From assembly GCF_009914755.1 (NCBI RefSeq), contig NC_060935.1: DNA of 64,000 nt; one strand, 5' to 3'. This document shows positions 41,844-59,060 of the stretch, piece after piece. The DNA is from the human T2T-CHM13v2.0 reference genome, Homo sapiens. Within the stretch, counting starts at the first letter, position 1. Each line of letters starts with the position of its first letter. The notes below the pieces were generated by a model, which had not been told where the DNA came from, searched no databases, and saw only the letters and a program-made list of their open reading frames with translations. The position numbers were made by a program, and so were the translations under genes.

Positions 41844-42410
41844 TGGTCATCTGCTTCCCCACCTCCCCTTTGGAGTAGAACTCTCTGCTTGCTGCAACAG
41901 AAGGGCTGGTAGTGGTTGGGGCAGAGGGAGACTCCCTGAGCTGTAGCAGGGGGCAGCTGGCTTTCTGGCACTTTCCAGTCCTGGGGGAACTTTGAACATC
42001 TTTCCTTTGTAGAAGCAAGTGTTACTGGCAGAGCTCCACCTATATTGAAAATACCTTTTTTGTTCCAGATTGAGCCCAGTGTCTTCAAGCCCTCCAATCC
42101 TGGGATCACTGTTTCTTTTGCAGACGTATAAAATAATTTGAGTCCTAGTCATCCGTAATTATGGGACTTGATGCCCTCTGACATTCTGAGGAGTGGTTCC
42201 TTATCTTGGTTGTTTCTTATCTACTCTAGAAGTTAGTCTAGATGTCTCTGTTAGTCTCCTTGGGCATCTAGTATCAGGTTCTGTGGCTGCTGTCTTCTCC
42301 TGTGCTTCTAGGTAAGAACCATAGCCCTCTCTTCATCCCCAAGGCATGTGATGGAGAATTAGGCGGGGTTCTGTGCTGCTTGAGGATTTGTTCTCTGTCT
42401 CCTGGGACGT

Positions 42411-42796
42411 TGTGTTAGTTAGCTAGGGCTGCCATCACGAAGTCCCACAAACTGGGTGGCTTAAACAATAGATATTTATTTTCTCACAACTCCTGAGGCT
42501 AGCACTTTGAGATCGAGGTGTCTGCAGGGTTGGTTTCTTCTTGAGGCCTCTTTCTTTGGCTTGTAGGTGGCTGTCTTCTCCTTGTGTCTTAACATGGTCT
42601 TCCCTCTGTGTCTGTCTGTGTCCTAACTTTCTCTTATAAGGACACTAGTCATATTGGATTCGGGCCTGTGCTAACGGCTTCACTTTAACTTAATACTCTG
42701 TCTCCAAATATAATCACATTCTGATCTACTGGAGCTTAGGGCTACAACATATGAATTTTTTTTGAGGAGTTGAGGAGCACAATTCATCCCATAAGA
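42411..42796 (-). mobile_element. MLT1B/C-type MaLR solo LTR
   Basis: tgtgttagttagctagggctgccatcac...aaactgggtggcttaaacaa...cttataaggacactagtcatattggatt...caattcatcccataa. Confidence 0.85.
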
Positions 42797-43038
42797 GATC
42801 TGAATTTCTTGTACTGAGGCAATTCTCATGATGGGCTTACATGGTAAGCACTACATAAGTAATGAGTTATTCAATTGTAGCATTATTATTTCTGTTCTCT
42901 CATATAGCTATAAAACTACCACATTTGTGTATATATAATGTATCATTTATAAATGTATACATATATACACATTTCTATGGCACCTCTCTTAGTAACTCAT
43001 TTTAGTGATTTAATTTAGGTAATATATCTGGGTGACTT

Positions 43039-43440
43039 GTTTCCGTTTCCCAGAAGCCTTGGGGGTTTATAAAATATAAGGCAAACCTTCTTAATTTTCA
43101 TTCATTTACCCATTGAATAAATACTCATCAATCATGCTGTGCTGGCTCTGGAGGTCACAATATTGACTAAGACTGCGCAGTTTACAATTCAGTTTAAATG
43201 TCACGAGGAGGCAAGTACAGTGTGCCAGTGGAGGCTTTTGGAAGGGCCCCGTGATGGAATAAGCTTGTCCACAATTTCTTTGACATTCCTCTCCAGTGAG
43301 AGGAGGTATATGTATTCCCTTTCTTTGAAACTGGGCTGATCGTGACCGTGTTGACCAGTAGAATATGGCAGAATTGGTGCTTTTCTGAGGCTTTAAAGAA
43401 GCAGCAGCATCCTCACGTAGAATGCTTGTTTTAGGGGAAG
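43039..43440 (-). repeat. Inverted duplicate, copy A (partner about 53240-53653)
   Basis: Manual alignment of 43081-43275 to the reverse complement of 53412-53611: about 23 substitutions and 4 indels. Confidence 0.92.
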
Positions 43441-43625
43441 CCAGTGCCGTGTCACACGTCTGACTATCCTGAGAGCCATCTCTAAGCATTCAAGCCATCT
43501 CATAACCATCTCAGCTCTGGTGTGATGTCCTAACGTGCCAAATTATGAGCTCCATAAAATGGTAGTTTTTTTAATACTACTAAGTTTTGGAGTTATTTGT
43601 TACTTAGCAATAGGTAAATGAAGCA
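43251..43625 (+). mobile_element. Old MLT1 (G/H-like) LTR
   Basis: ccacaatttctttgacattcctctcc...ttgaaactgggctg...gaccagtagaatatggcagaa...ctaagttttggagttatttgttacttagcaataggtaa. Confidence 0.75.
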
Positions 43626-44159
43626 AGACCCTAATGCAGACATGGAAGATAATTAAGAAATCCTATATATCACGTATCCAACATTAAAGCACTGAGTGCA
43701 TGTAGACACAGAATTCTTGGACGATGCCTGTCTGCAAAATCCACTCCCTGCTTTCACATGTGAAGGCAAAAGGCAAGTGCCTCTTCAGACATTAGTTCTT
43801 ACGGTTCTTGCTCTGTTGATGAACTCCATGGAAAGTGCTGATTTTGAACATTATATAAATTACTATCTGTGGAGCCCATCGGTCTCCTGGGGGCTGGTGC
43901 TGCAATTTGCTACAGTGGCCCCTCTCCAATGGCTCTACGGGTCATTACTACAGGCTGCTTATTCAGCCTTTCCTCTACCCATGGTTGCATGCCACAGAAT
44001 CTACCTAATTCTGCTACTTAATGTGCTTTGCCAAGGGTCCCGCCCTTTCTCTTCTTGCTAATTATTTTTCTCTGTCCAAAGTGGCTTTTTTCATATCACT
44101 GGGTCCAAACATCCCTGGAAACATTATCCCTGCAGCTTTCATGATACATTGCAGAAAAG

Positions 44160-44555
44160 CAGCATCAGACAGAGTTTCAGGGTGTGGACCCTAGAGGTAG
44201 ACTGCCTGAGTTTGAAGCCTGATTCTGCCCCTTACACCCAGCATGACTTTGGGGCCTCTGGGCTTCAGTTTCCACAACGACAAAGTGAGAAAAATGGTAG
44301 GGCCTGCAGTGTAGGGTCTATGTGTTGATAAAAAGGCGATCATTCATGTAAAATGCGCAGAATAATTCAAGTATCCAATAAATATCAATTTTTATAATTC
44401 AAAACATGCATCGTCTAGTATTATTTGTAGGAATTATCTGCTTATTTATGTGTCTAAATTCCTTGAGGATAGTGTCTTGAGCATTATCACCTCCCTAACG
44501 CTCTGCACAATGTGCAACATACATTAGGCACTCAATAACTACTTTCGGAATGAGT
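44160..44555 (+). mobile_element. MIR followed by an L2 3' end
   Basis: agactgcctgagtttgaagcctg...ctgggcttcagtttcc; then cacaatgtgcaacatacattaggcactcaataa. Confidence 0.6.
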
Positions 44556-45521
44556 GAAGGCTACAAAAACCACTTAAAAACTGTGTCTGTCAGTGGAAGG
44601 TCAATAATATCTTCACAAAAGAAAGGTAGCAAAATTGTATAGAAGCTTGATTTTGTAGAATACACTCTCTATCATTCCAAGAATCAAAAACAAATTTAAT
44701 TAAGGGGTTAAGTAAAACAACTGCATTCATAAATATGGTTCTTACACATGATTTTTTGTTATTAATGTGTGCTTAAGGTGCTCGATAATGTAAAGCTGTA
44801 ATGATCAGGTTCCTAAAGAAGTTGGGGTGTAGGAATCCAGAACCCGAAACCCCTTGATTATCCATGGAGGGGCTGCATAAATAAAGAACTATTTATTTAT
44901 ACATAGGATCCACCTGTTTAAGAAAGAATTTAAAGTGGCATACAGCTACTCATATAATAATTTATTATGAGAAGATACATTAAAATGAAGTAATGTAGTT
45001 GAGTCCTAAGAAAAAGATAAGTTAAAAAGTTAGATGAAGCTGGAAATGAAATTTGTTCCCAAAATGCTTGCTATGCAATCCTATACATTTTCCAGAGGCA
45101 GGTCACAAATTTGAACTTTCTACTAGTTTTTATGTGAAAATCATAAAAAAACCAATTACATGAGTCACGCTTCGGAATAATAACGCTAACAGCTAGCATT
45201 TATCACATGTTTACCCAGTGCCAGCTGAGGCTCTTAGTGCTTTGCTTGCATTAACTCTTAATCCTTATAGTGATCATAGGAGATAGGTACTTGGCCCAGG
45301 CCTTGCAGCTGATACACAGTTTTTAAACCAGGCAGACCAACATTTGAAACCACTCACCTTGGCTCCATGCCTACCACTGTTTAAAACAAGAACAGCTAGA
45401 TTTCATGTTAAGAACTTGGAAGAAATTTTCTTTTGTTGGTTCTTGAATTTTTCTGGGAACCTTTTTGTAAAATATAGGAGACCCTCCAGTCAGAAACAGA
45501 AATTGGGTGCATGCTCATCTA

Positions 45522-45705
45522 AGGCAGTTCTCAAAGTGGACCCCAGACTAGCAGCATCAGCCTTACCCGGGCATTTGTTAGAAATGCAAATTCTTGATCT
45601 TCTTCCCAGGTCTACTGCATCAGAAGCTTTGGGGCTGTGGTCCAACAGTAAGCACTTTAACAAGTCCTCCAGGTGATTCTAATGTGGGCTCAGGTTTGAG
45701 AACTG
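45522..45705. mobile_element. MER5A DNA transposon
   Basis: gcagttctcaaagtgga...cagcatcagc...ttgttagaaatgcaaattct...tttaacaagtcctccaggtgattct...gtttgagaactg. Confidence 0.85.
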
Positions 45706-48423
45706 TTCTAAAGGGAAAGGAGCTTCTGGGGCAGAAGATGTCTGGCTTCTCATGACTTTGGTAGGAACTTCAGAAGGTAGAACAACTCATGAAATTATGG
45801 TGCCAGTATCAGAGACCAGAGGGACGGGGCTCATATACTTAATACCCTAGAAAACCAGGAGATGCTATAAAAAACAGTGACTATGTTCCTGACCAATTTG
45901 TCAAGTAACAGGTGAATGCAATAATAGAACTTGCAGCTCCCACTTGGATGGACAGAGCAGCATGTGGAGACCCACATCATGAATTTTACTCCAAGAACTA
46001 CCACAGGAACATACCAGGAAAGCTGAGAAAATCCATCTGAAGGAGGTGGACTGCCACCGCAGGCTCCCTAGGACAGCTGAGGAATTGTGAGTCTGCTTGC
46101 TTTCTCAGGTGGGAGGCTTGTAGCCTGGGGCAAGTTCTCAGCCCTGCTCACTGGCTGCCTGGAAATAAACTTGGTGCTGTTGTGGGGCCATGGTGGGAGT
46201 GAGACCAGGCTGCAGGCTGCTTGGGAGCTGGGTGAGGCCTGTGACTGCCAGCTTCCCACCACTTCCCTGGTGACTTGTGTGATGCAGCAGAAACAGCCAT
46301 AATCCACCTGAGAACATAACTTTTTGGCCTGGGAACCACCCCGCCACCCACCACAGATCTGCTGCAAAGCCCGCCCAAGGAGAGACTGAGCTCAGACATG
46401 CCTAACCCTGCCTCCACCTGATGGTCTTTCTCTACCCACCCTGGTAGCCAAAGACAAATGATGTAATCTCTTGGGAGCTCTATGGCCCTGTCCACCACCT
46501 GATCCTCCCAATACAACCACAGCTGATGGGCTCTTGAAAGTGCCATCTCCTGGCTGGAGGCCATCCAACATAAAACCAGCACATTTAACAAAAATGCAAC
46601 CAAGGACCCTCACGGAGTCCACTTCACTCCCTACTACCTCCACTGGAATAGGTGCTGGTATCCATGACTGAAAGACCCGAAGACAGATCACATCATAGTA
46701 CTCTTTGCAGACACTCCCCGCTACCAGCCTGGAGCCTGGCAGCTCCACTGGGTGGTTAGATCCAGAAGAGAAGTAACAATCACTGCAGTTTGGCTCTCAG
46801 GAAGCCCCATCCCTAGGGGTAAGGGGAGAGCACCACATCAAGGGATCACCCTGTGGGACAAAAGAATCTGAACAACATCCCTTGGGTCCCAGATCTTCCC
46901 TCTGACATAGTCTACTCAAATGAGAAGAAACCAGCAAAACAACTCTGTTAATATGATGAAACAAGCTCCTTTATCACCTGCAAAAGATCACACTAGCTTG
47001 CCAGTAATGGATCCAACCAAGACAAAAATCTCTGAATTGCCAGAAAAAGAATTCAGGAGGTTGATTATTAATCCAATTAAGGAGACACCAGAAACGGTGG
47101 AGTCCAACTGAAAGAAATTTAAAAAAATTGATATAGGATATAAATGGAAAAATCTTCAGTGAAATAGATAGCATAAATAAAAAAACAATCACAACTTCTG
47201 TAAATCAAGGGCACACTTAAATAAATGCAAATTGCACTGGAGAGTCTCAGCAATAGAATCGAACAAGTAGAAGAAAGAACTTCAGAGTTCTAAGATAAGA
47301 CTTTCAAATTAACCCAAATCTGAAAAAGATGAAGAAAAAAGAATTAGAAAATGAACAAAGCCTCAATAAGTTTGGGATTATGTTAAATGACCAAACCTAA
47401 GAATAATGGTTTTCCCCAGGAAGAAGATAAATCTAAAAGTTTGGAAAACATATTTGAGGGAATAATCAAGGAAAACCTCCCCAGCCTTGTTAGAGATCTA
47501 GACATTCAGATACAAGAAGCTCAGAGAACACCTGGGAAATTCATCATTGCCCAGGCACATAGTTATCAGGTTATCGAAAGTCAAGATGAAGGAAAAAATC
47601 TGAAGAGATGTGAGGCAAAAGCATCAGATAACCTATAAAGGAAAACCTATCAGATTAACAGAGCATATTTCTCAGCAGAAACTCTACAAGCTAGAAAGGA
47701 TTGGGGTCCTATCTTTAGCCTCCTTAAACAACACAATTATCAGCCAAGAATCTTGTATCCAGTGAAACTAAGCTTCATAAATGAAGGAAAGATAAAGTCT
47801 TTTTCAGACAAATGCCAAGAGAATATGCCACTACGAAGCCAGCACTATAAGAACTGCTAAAAGGAGCTTTAAATCTTGAAACAAATCCTGGAAATACACC
47901 AAAATAGAATCTCCTTAAAGCATAACTCTCTCAAGTCCTGTAAAACAATAACAGTAAAAAACCACAAGGTATTCAGGCAACAAACAGCATGATATATAGG
48001 ATAGTACCTTACATCTCAATACTAACGTTGAATGTAAATGGCGTAAGTGTTCCACTTAAAAGATACAGAATGGCAGAATGGATAGGAATACACCAACCAA
48101 GTATCTGCTGTCTTTGAGGGACTCACCTGACACAGAAGGACTCATATAAACTTAAAGGGGTGGAAAAAGATATTCCATGCAAATGGACACCAAAAGCGAG
48201 CAGGAGTAGCTATTCTTATATCAGACAAAACAAACTTTAAAGCAATGGCAGTTAAAACAGACAAAGACGGACACTATATAATGATTGAAGGACTGGTCCT
48301 CCAGGAAAATATCACAATCCTAAATATATATGCACCTAACACTGGTGATCCCAAATTTACAAAAGAATTACTACTTGACCTAAGAAATGAGATAGCTAGC
48401 GACACAATAATAGTGGGGGACTA

Positions 48424-48787
<364 letters not shown>

Positions 48788-48984
48788 AAGAAACAATGAG
48801 CTTAAACTATACCCTAGAATAGATGGAATTAACGGATATTTACAGAACATTCTACCCAGCAACTGCAGAATATACATTCTGTTCATCAGCACATGGAACA
48901 TTCTCCAAGATAGACCATGTGATAGGGCACAAAACAAGTCTCGGTAAATTTAAGAAAATTGAAATTATATCAAGTACTCCCTCA

Positions 48985-49417
<433 letters not shown>

Positions 49418-51009
49418 TCAAAACCAGCAAATACAGGGAAATTAATTAACCTGCTCCTGAATTATCATTGGGTCAACAATGAAATCAAGATGGAAATTAA
49501 AAAATTCTTTGTACTAAACGGTAACAGTGACACAACCTATCCAAACCTCTGGGATACAGCAAAGGCTGTGCTAAGAAGAAAGTTCATAGCATTAAATGCC
49601 TACATCAAAAAGCCTGAAAGAGTACAAATAGACAATTTAAGGTCATACCTCATGGAACTGGAGGAACAAGAACAATTCAAACCCAAACCCAGTGGAAGAA
49701 AATAAATAACAAAGATCAGAACAGAAATATTAATAAATGAAATTGAAGCAAACAAAAATACAAAAGATAAATGAACCCAAACCTGGTTCTTTAAAAAGAT
49801 AAATAAAATTGATAGACCATTAACAAGATTAACCAAGAAAAGAGAGATGATCCAAAGAAATTCAATTAGAAATGAAACAGAAGATATTACAACCAATGCC
49901 ACAGAAATACAAAAGCTCATTCAAGGCTATTATGAACACCTTTATGCATACAAACTAGAAAACCTAGAGGAGACGGATACATTTCTGGAAATAAACAACC
50001 CTCCTAAATTAAGCCAGGACAGACCAATAAAAAGCAGTGAGATTGAAATAGTAATTAAAAAGTTACCAACCAAAAAATGTCCAGGACCAGATGGATTCAC
50101 AAATGAATTCTATCAGACATTCAAAGAAGAATTGGTGGAAATCATATTGACACTATTCTTAAAGATAAAGAGGGAATCCTCCCTAAATCATTCTATGAAG
50201 CCAGTGTAACCCTAATACCAAAACCAGGAAGGGACATAACAAAAAAAGAAAACTACAGACCAATATCCCTGATGAACATAGAAGCAAAAATCCTCAACAA
50301 AATGCTAGCTAACAGAATCCAACAGTATATTAAAAAGATAAGCCACCATGTTCAAGTGGGTTTCATACTAGGGATACAGGGATGGTTTAACATCCACAAG
50401 TCAACAAATGTGATACGCTACATAAACAGAATTTAAAAAAACCCACATGATTATCTCAATAGATGAAGATAAAGCATTTGACAAAATCCAGCATTCCTTT
50501 ATGATTAAAACCCTCAGCAAAATCGACATAGAAGGGACATGCCTTAAGGTAATAAGAGCCATCTATGACAAACCAACAGACAACATTACAGTGAATGCAG
50601 AAAAGTTGAAAGCATTCCCCCTGTGAACTGGAACAAGAAAGACAAGGATGCCCACTTTCACCACTTCTATTCAACATAGTGCTGGAAGTCATAGCCAGAG
50701 CAATCAGACAAGAGAAAGAAATAAAGGGCATCCGAACCAGTAAGGAGGAAATCAAACTGTTGCTGTTTGCTGATAACATGATTGTTTACCTAGAAAACTC
50801 TAAAGACTCCTCCAAAAAGCTCCTAGAACTAGTAAATGAATTCAACAAAGTTTCGGGATACAAAATTAATGTACACAAATCAGTAGCTCTGCTATACACC
50901 AACAGCGACCAAGCTGAGAATCAAATCAAGAACTCAACCCCTTTTATAATAGCTGCCAAAAAATAGAGTATTTAACAAAGCTACAGAGCTGGCATCACAA
51001 AACTGGCAT

Positions 51010-53595
<2,586 letters not shown>

Positions 53596-54479
53596 AATTA
53601 AGAAGGTTTGCTTTACATTTTAGATATCCTTAAGGTTCTGACAAACAGGAAACCCTTGAAGCCACGAAGCTTCATGAGGAATCAAATCTTTCTTGTTGAC
53701 TGTTACTTCCTCTGTATTGGCACAGTACCTGGCAGGTATATTACATCCTCAATAGCTGTTTGTTGAATGAATAAGTGAAAGAATGCATGTCTATCAAAGC
53801 TAGTTCCACTTCCCTTTCAAAGGCACCAATGTCGATTGTTTGTAAGTAAACCTCAAGCCATTTTTGCTGTACTAGCTGCAGAGCCAGCTCCATTTCTGTA
53901 CTTCCTATTCTTCTTATATCTCTAGCCCCAGATAACTCTGGGGAGCCACATCCCCAAGGACTTGACATTATACTTCACACGTGTATTCTCAGACACTTGA
54001 AGCAGGGGTAGAAGTGGAACACTGTTTTGAAATTCATTGAGCTCAGAAAAAAATGCCTTCAGAGCTAAGAGGTCTGTCAGTTATAATGTACAGACTTCTG
54101 GAGCTTATTTAGCCTTTTCTTTTAGGGGCACATTGGAAAATAGGAAATTGGAGGACTTGTAGAAGGATGTGGTAAATGTGATAAGCATATGAAGCTCTTT
54201 TCTGTGTGCTCAAAGAGGATGCAAACAAGGACTATATGAACATTGCTAGGGGTCCTGAGGGGCTCAGAATTATAGTCAATTCTTGCAGTGGTATTTTCAG
54301 CTCTATATGATGGTTTCTTCTTGGGGCTTTTTACTCTAGTGAGTTTACTTTTGAGTACTTTGGATTCAGAGTTTGCTCACAAGGGACCAGGACAATTGCT
54401 TGTAAAGGAAGGGATTCCTCTGAATCTTGAGCTTTGGTTTAAACTTCCCTTTTGAGCTTTAGACCCTTATATCAGACTG

Positions 54480-56090
54480 CATACCACAGATCTCACCTGG
54501 ATATCCCACAGCTATTTCAAACTGCACTTGCCCAAAATAGAATTCATTCTGTGTTCCCACAATTGAGTTCTTATTTCTATAGTTTATATTGAGATCAAAG
54601 GCAGCAGCACCTTCCACACAGTCATCTGAGCAGAAGCACAGATATCATCCTTCAAGCTTCCCTAAATGTTGGTGGTAATAGATAATATTTATTGATAGCA
54701 TCCTATGTGCCAGGTCCTGTGCTACGTACTTTATGTACATCAACCCCCTTAGTCATCACTGCAGCCTGTGACTAAGATTGTGTTATTATCTGCATTTTAA
54801 AGCTGAAGAAACAGGTGACTGCGAAAGTATCCCAACAGACCTTTTTGCCTGAAGCTCTTCTCAGATTTATCTACTGCATGGCAAGCTGATTTCTCTTTTA
54901 AATAAGCAGACCTGCATGTACCATGCCCTTCCTTACAAGCTTCACTGGCTCCCCGTTGTCCTCAGAATGTAGCCCAAACTCTTAGCCAGGAGTACAGCAC
55001 CCTTTATTACTTGGTCACTGAGCACCCATCCAACCTCATTTCCAGTGGCTCTTACCTTGGCCCCCTATCCCCTCACTCCCATGTTGTAGCCATGTTGGAT
55101 ACTTGCCAGCACTTGAAATATGCATATTTTCCAGCCTCATTTAATTCTTCATCCTAAAAATACTTTGGGGGAGCCCACCATATGCTAGGTACTGTCTTAG
55201 GCACTAGTGCTATAGCTGTGAACAAAACAGATCAAGGCCTGCCCTCATGGCACTTGCATTCTAGTGGAGAAGTCAGACAATGCACAGGCAAATAGCTACA
55301 TAGACCATGTACTGTCCGAGTCCTGAGTGCTGTGCAGGGAGATAAAGCAGAGAAAAGGGGCAGAAAGTGACAGCAGGGTTCTATTTTATTTGAGATGGCC
55401 AGAGAAGGCACTTTGCAATGGCCCTGAGATGAGAACTTGCCTGGAATGTTTGAAGAACATCAAGGAGGCCAGTGTGGCTGGGAGGACGTGGAACCAAGGG
55501 AGGTCTCTAATATACCAAGGAGCCCATCACGTAAGGCCTTGAAGGCATGACCAAGACTTTGGATTTTATTGCAGGTGGGAGAGGAAATTATTGCAAGTTT
55601 GAGATGAGGGAGTGATGGAATCTGATTGGTATTTCACAAGGATCATGCTGATAGCTGTGTGACTGTTGAACAGACTGTAGTGGGGTAAGAGTGGAAGGAG
55701 GGAGACCAGGTAGGAGGCACCTGTGCAGCTCTTGTTCCCATTTCAGGAATATTCATTCCCCATGCCCTTCCTCACCTTTGCCTGGTGACTGCTACCCAGC
55801 TTTCTACACCCATCTCAGGAGTATCTCCATTCAAAAATCTTCCTCAGTTCTCTTCCTCTCTATCCTCCTGATGCAGAATTTTATGTATTTTTAATAGTAT
55901 GTAATCTCACTATTTTGTGGTTATGTATATATCTGACTTTCATAATTAACTGTGAGGTCAATGAATCCTAAAGGGTGGGATCTATTTCTGTTTCTTGCTT
56001 TTCTTTGTGTTTCTAGCTCCCTGGCATGGCACCTGATAGTGTTGATAGGAATCAATGAGGATTTGAGAAATACATGAGTGAATGAACAAA
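54480..56090. mobile_element. L2 (+) with a nested MIR (about 54680-54820) and a nested antisense L2 (about 55140-55720)
   Basis: cacctggatatcccacag..ttcaaact; cttcactggctcccc; antisense gagcccaccatatgctaggtactgtcttaggcac...cctgccctcatgg; + tail atacatgagtgaatgaa. Confidence 0.65.
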
Positions 56091-56359
56091 GGAACAGCTC
56101 ATCTGGCTGATACTAAACATTCAAATGCTTATTTGATTGAACAAATGAGGGTTCAAATAATTCCATTCAGTCAAAATTGTCTATGTATTTATAGGCCAAC
56201 TTTAAAATGTAACTTGCATATATAAAGGCATCAAATTTCAGAAATTGTTGTGGAAACTAGATTTGTGGAGTCGTGGAGAAGTCCTTTTGAATACAGTGCT
56301 ATCTGTTGAAAAGAGCTCCAGGCTGTCAGCTTATTGACTAACGTGTTTTGTTGTTGTCA

Positions 56360-56539
56360 TTTTTTTTTGTTGATACATAAGGATTGTACATATTTCTGGA
56401 GTACATGTGATATTTTGATATGTGCATACCATGTGTAGTGGTCAATAGAATATTATTGAGCCATAAAAAGAAAGAAATCTTGTCATTTGCAGCAATGTGA
56501 ATGGAACCAGAAGATACTATGTTAAGTGAAATAAGCCAA
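56360..56539 (-). mobile_element. L1MA-type 3' end with an inverted ORF2 piece (twin priming)
   Basis: Antisense tail gattgtacatatttctggagtacatgtgatattttgat, then sense gccataaaaagaaagaaatcttgtcatttgcagc...gttaagtgaaataagcca. Confidence 0.8.
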
Positions 56540-57103
56540 ACTTTGGTCATGATTTCCATCACTCACAGCAGCCCTGGAGTACCAGCACACTTAAACAGTG
56601 CAACCAGGATCAGTCAAACAGAACCAGAACCATTTAGGTTTATGTTGTTATGGATTTTTGCAAAACTCCCTTTAGATTCCCATGGGTGGAGTGTGACTTA
56701 TGGCTTCTCAGATTATTCATTTGTTGAATGGACTTCAGTGGGTTTTCTGTAAGCCCCTGCCTTGCTTAAAATAAATCTGATATAAGCAAATCTTTTTTTC
56801 TTTTTGAAATAACAAAACAAAACAAATGACTGAAAGGTGATTTATTTGATGAATGAGTTAAGAGATTATAGGATTCCTTTAACAAGCCTCTTGAATGCAT
56901 TTAAAATGATGTAATTTGTTAAAGAAAAACATTTACATGGAACTTCTAAGGGCCCAGAAGTTAGCAATTAGATTTGAGCAATTCTAACTTGGACAGTTTC
57001 CATCAGCTATACTCTGTGGGTGTCTGTACTAGACAGTGCTCTGCTGATATTGAGGGGAGTCTCAAAGGAGTAGAAGAGGCCAGATTCTGGGTCTCCATCT
57101 AGA

Positions 57104-57603
57104 CCTGCTGTGTCCAAAATGTAGCCCCTAGTCGTATGTGGCTATTGTGCCCCTGAAATGTGGCTAAGGCTACCAAGGAACTAAATTTTTAACTTAATTA
57201 TAATTCATTTTCATTTAAAACGGATATTTTATTCCATTATTAGAAAACTTTTAAGTATGTTTAGAACAACTTTGGGTCTGTGGGTCTTTTTTAGTTATAA
57301 ATTTTGTATACTTTAAATATAGATCAACTATTTCTGATTTTTCTGATGAACATTTAGTGTACCAATTAAGATGTCCTGTAAGTATAAAATGCACACTGAT
57401 TTTGAAGACTTTAGCACAAAAGGTTGTAAAATATCTCACCAATGCTTTTTATACTGATTACACATTGAGTTAACATTTTGGATATGTTGGGTTAAAACAT
57501 TTTAACAGAATTAATTTCATTTGTTTATTTTTACATTTTAAATGTGATTATTAAAATTTTAAAATTACATACATGCTTATTACATTTCTACTAAAAAGTG
57601 CTG
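57104..57603. mobile_element. Charlie1/MER33-type hAT element
   Basis: gctgtgtccaaaatgtagcc..tatgtggctattg..tgaaatgtggcta; gatgtcctgtaagtataaaatgcacactgattttgaagact; tacatttcta...gtgctg. Confidence 0.75.
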
Positions 57604-57829
57604 GGAGTCTGTGCTAGGTATGCCTATTACCTCTGCACTATCCATATCCTGTTCTAGGTGAAACCACACAGCACAATGCACTGAGAACCCTGGCTTGGTG
57701 ATCCCATCTAATTAGACCAGCACTGGGCAACCAGGATTGAGAACCAGTGTTATGATATTTGCTTACTCACTTGGTCCCTGATGCAGGCTTTTTCTCTATG
57801 GGTATAAATAAGACATCAGAAGAGCTCTA

Positions 57830-58195
57830 CCATCCCTCCCAAGAACTTCTTAAGTAGAGCCAACCAAATTTTCTCACCTAAGGTTTTGGAATCAAGACAC
57901 AAGTCTTGCTGGTAAGAAGCTGTTGGACATGGGACTCCAAGGCAATGAGTTAGAGATAGCTTCCTGGGAACCCAAAGCCTTGCTTGGGGAGTAAGAGCCT
58001 TAGAGGATGCCAGTATGCAGTGTGGAGAGGGGGCCCACATGCAGAGTCCTGAAGCTTAGGGAGAAACACAGTGGAGACTTGGCTACACCTCCCACTTGGG
58101 GTTTTGTGAGATTCTCTTGTATCTTTCCCATAAATCCCCCTTTGTTTAACCTAGCTTGAGTGGATTTCTGTTTCTTAATGCTAATGATTTTCACA
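57830..58195 (+). mobile_element. Old MaLR LTR (MLT1J/L-like)
   Basis: ataaatccccctttgtttaacctagcttgagtggatttctgtttctt 3' motif. Confidence 0.5.
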
Positions 58196-58330
58196 CAGAC
58201 AAACATGATTAGGGAAACAAGTCAACTATCAGGAACAATAAAAAAGCATCAAAATTTATAAACACTGAAGTTAGAGGAATGAGTATGTAAGTGCTGGCAA
58301 AGATAATGTGGTATGAGGAATAGTCTGAAA

Positions 58331-58782
58331 CAGTGGTCCTCCAAGTGTGGTCTGGAGGACCCTGAAACCCTTTCAGTGGGATCTCCATAAAGTCAAAATT
58401 GTTTTCTAATTATACCAAGCCTTTATTTGCATGTCTTGCTCTCATTCTCTCATGAGTGAATAGGGGAATTCTCCAGAAACAACATGATGAGTGATATAGC
58501 GAAAGCTTAGATGCAAAAGTATCTACGAGAACCCAGCTGTCTTCTATTAAACCATACATTAGAGAGATTTATAAAAATCAAATACAATGCCATTCTTCTA
58601 TTTTTTTGATTCTTGAAAATAGTTAATTTTATAAAACTATGTTAACATGTAAATGGTTTATTAAATATGTTAAAGTTTCTCCATTTTAATCACTAATGTT
58701 GTAAGCATTGATGGATAGAACCCACATATACAACAGCTCTTTGGGGTTCTCTATAATTTTTAAGAATGTAAATGGTCCTGAG
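58331..58782 (+). mobile_element. Charlie4a-like hAT element
   Basis: cagtggtcctccaagtgtggtc..gaccctgaaaccctttcag...gtcaaaattgtttt...cagctgtcttctattaa. Confidence 0.7.
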
Positions 58783-58907
58783 TAGAGAATAGTAAGATAA
58801 ATCAGTGAAGAGTTAATGGAGGGAGAACTGGTTTAGAGTTGCCCTGAGGTCTTATTTTCTGTTTATAATGCCTGTGTCTAAATAGGGGCCAAGCAAGGGT
58901 ATGATTA

Positions 58908-59060
58908 CAGTGGTTCTCAACCCTGACATCAAAATCACCGTGGAGGACTAGAAAAATACAGATCTTCAGGCTTCTGTCCCCAGATATTCATATCATAAGG
59001 TCTGAGAGGAGATCTAGGAATCTGTATTCTTAAAAAGTGCCTCAGCAGTTTCTTTGCACA
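58908..59060 (+). mobile_element. MER5-family hAT MITE
   Basis: cagtggttctcaaccctgacatcaaaatcacc...aaatacagat...ggaatctgtattcttaaaaag. Confidence 0.7.
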
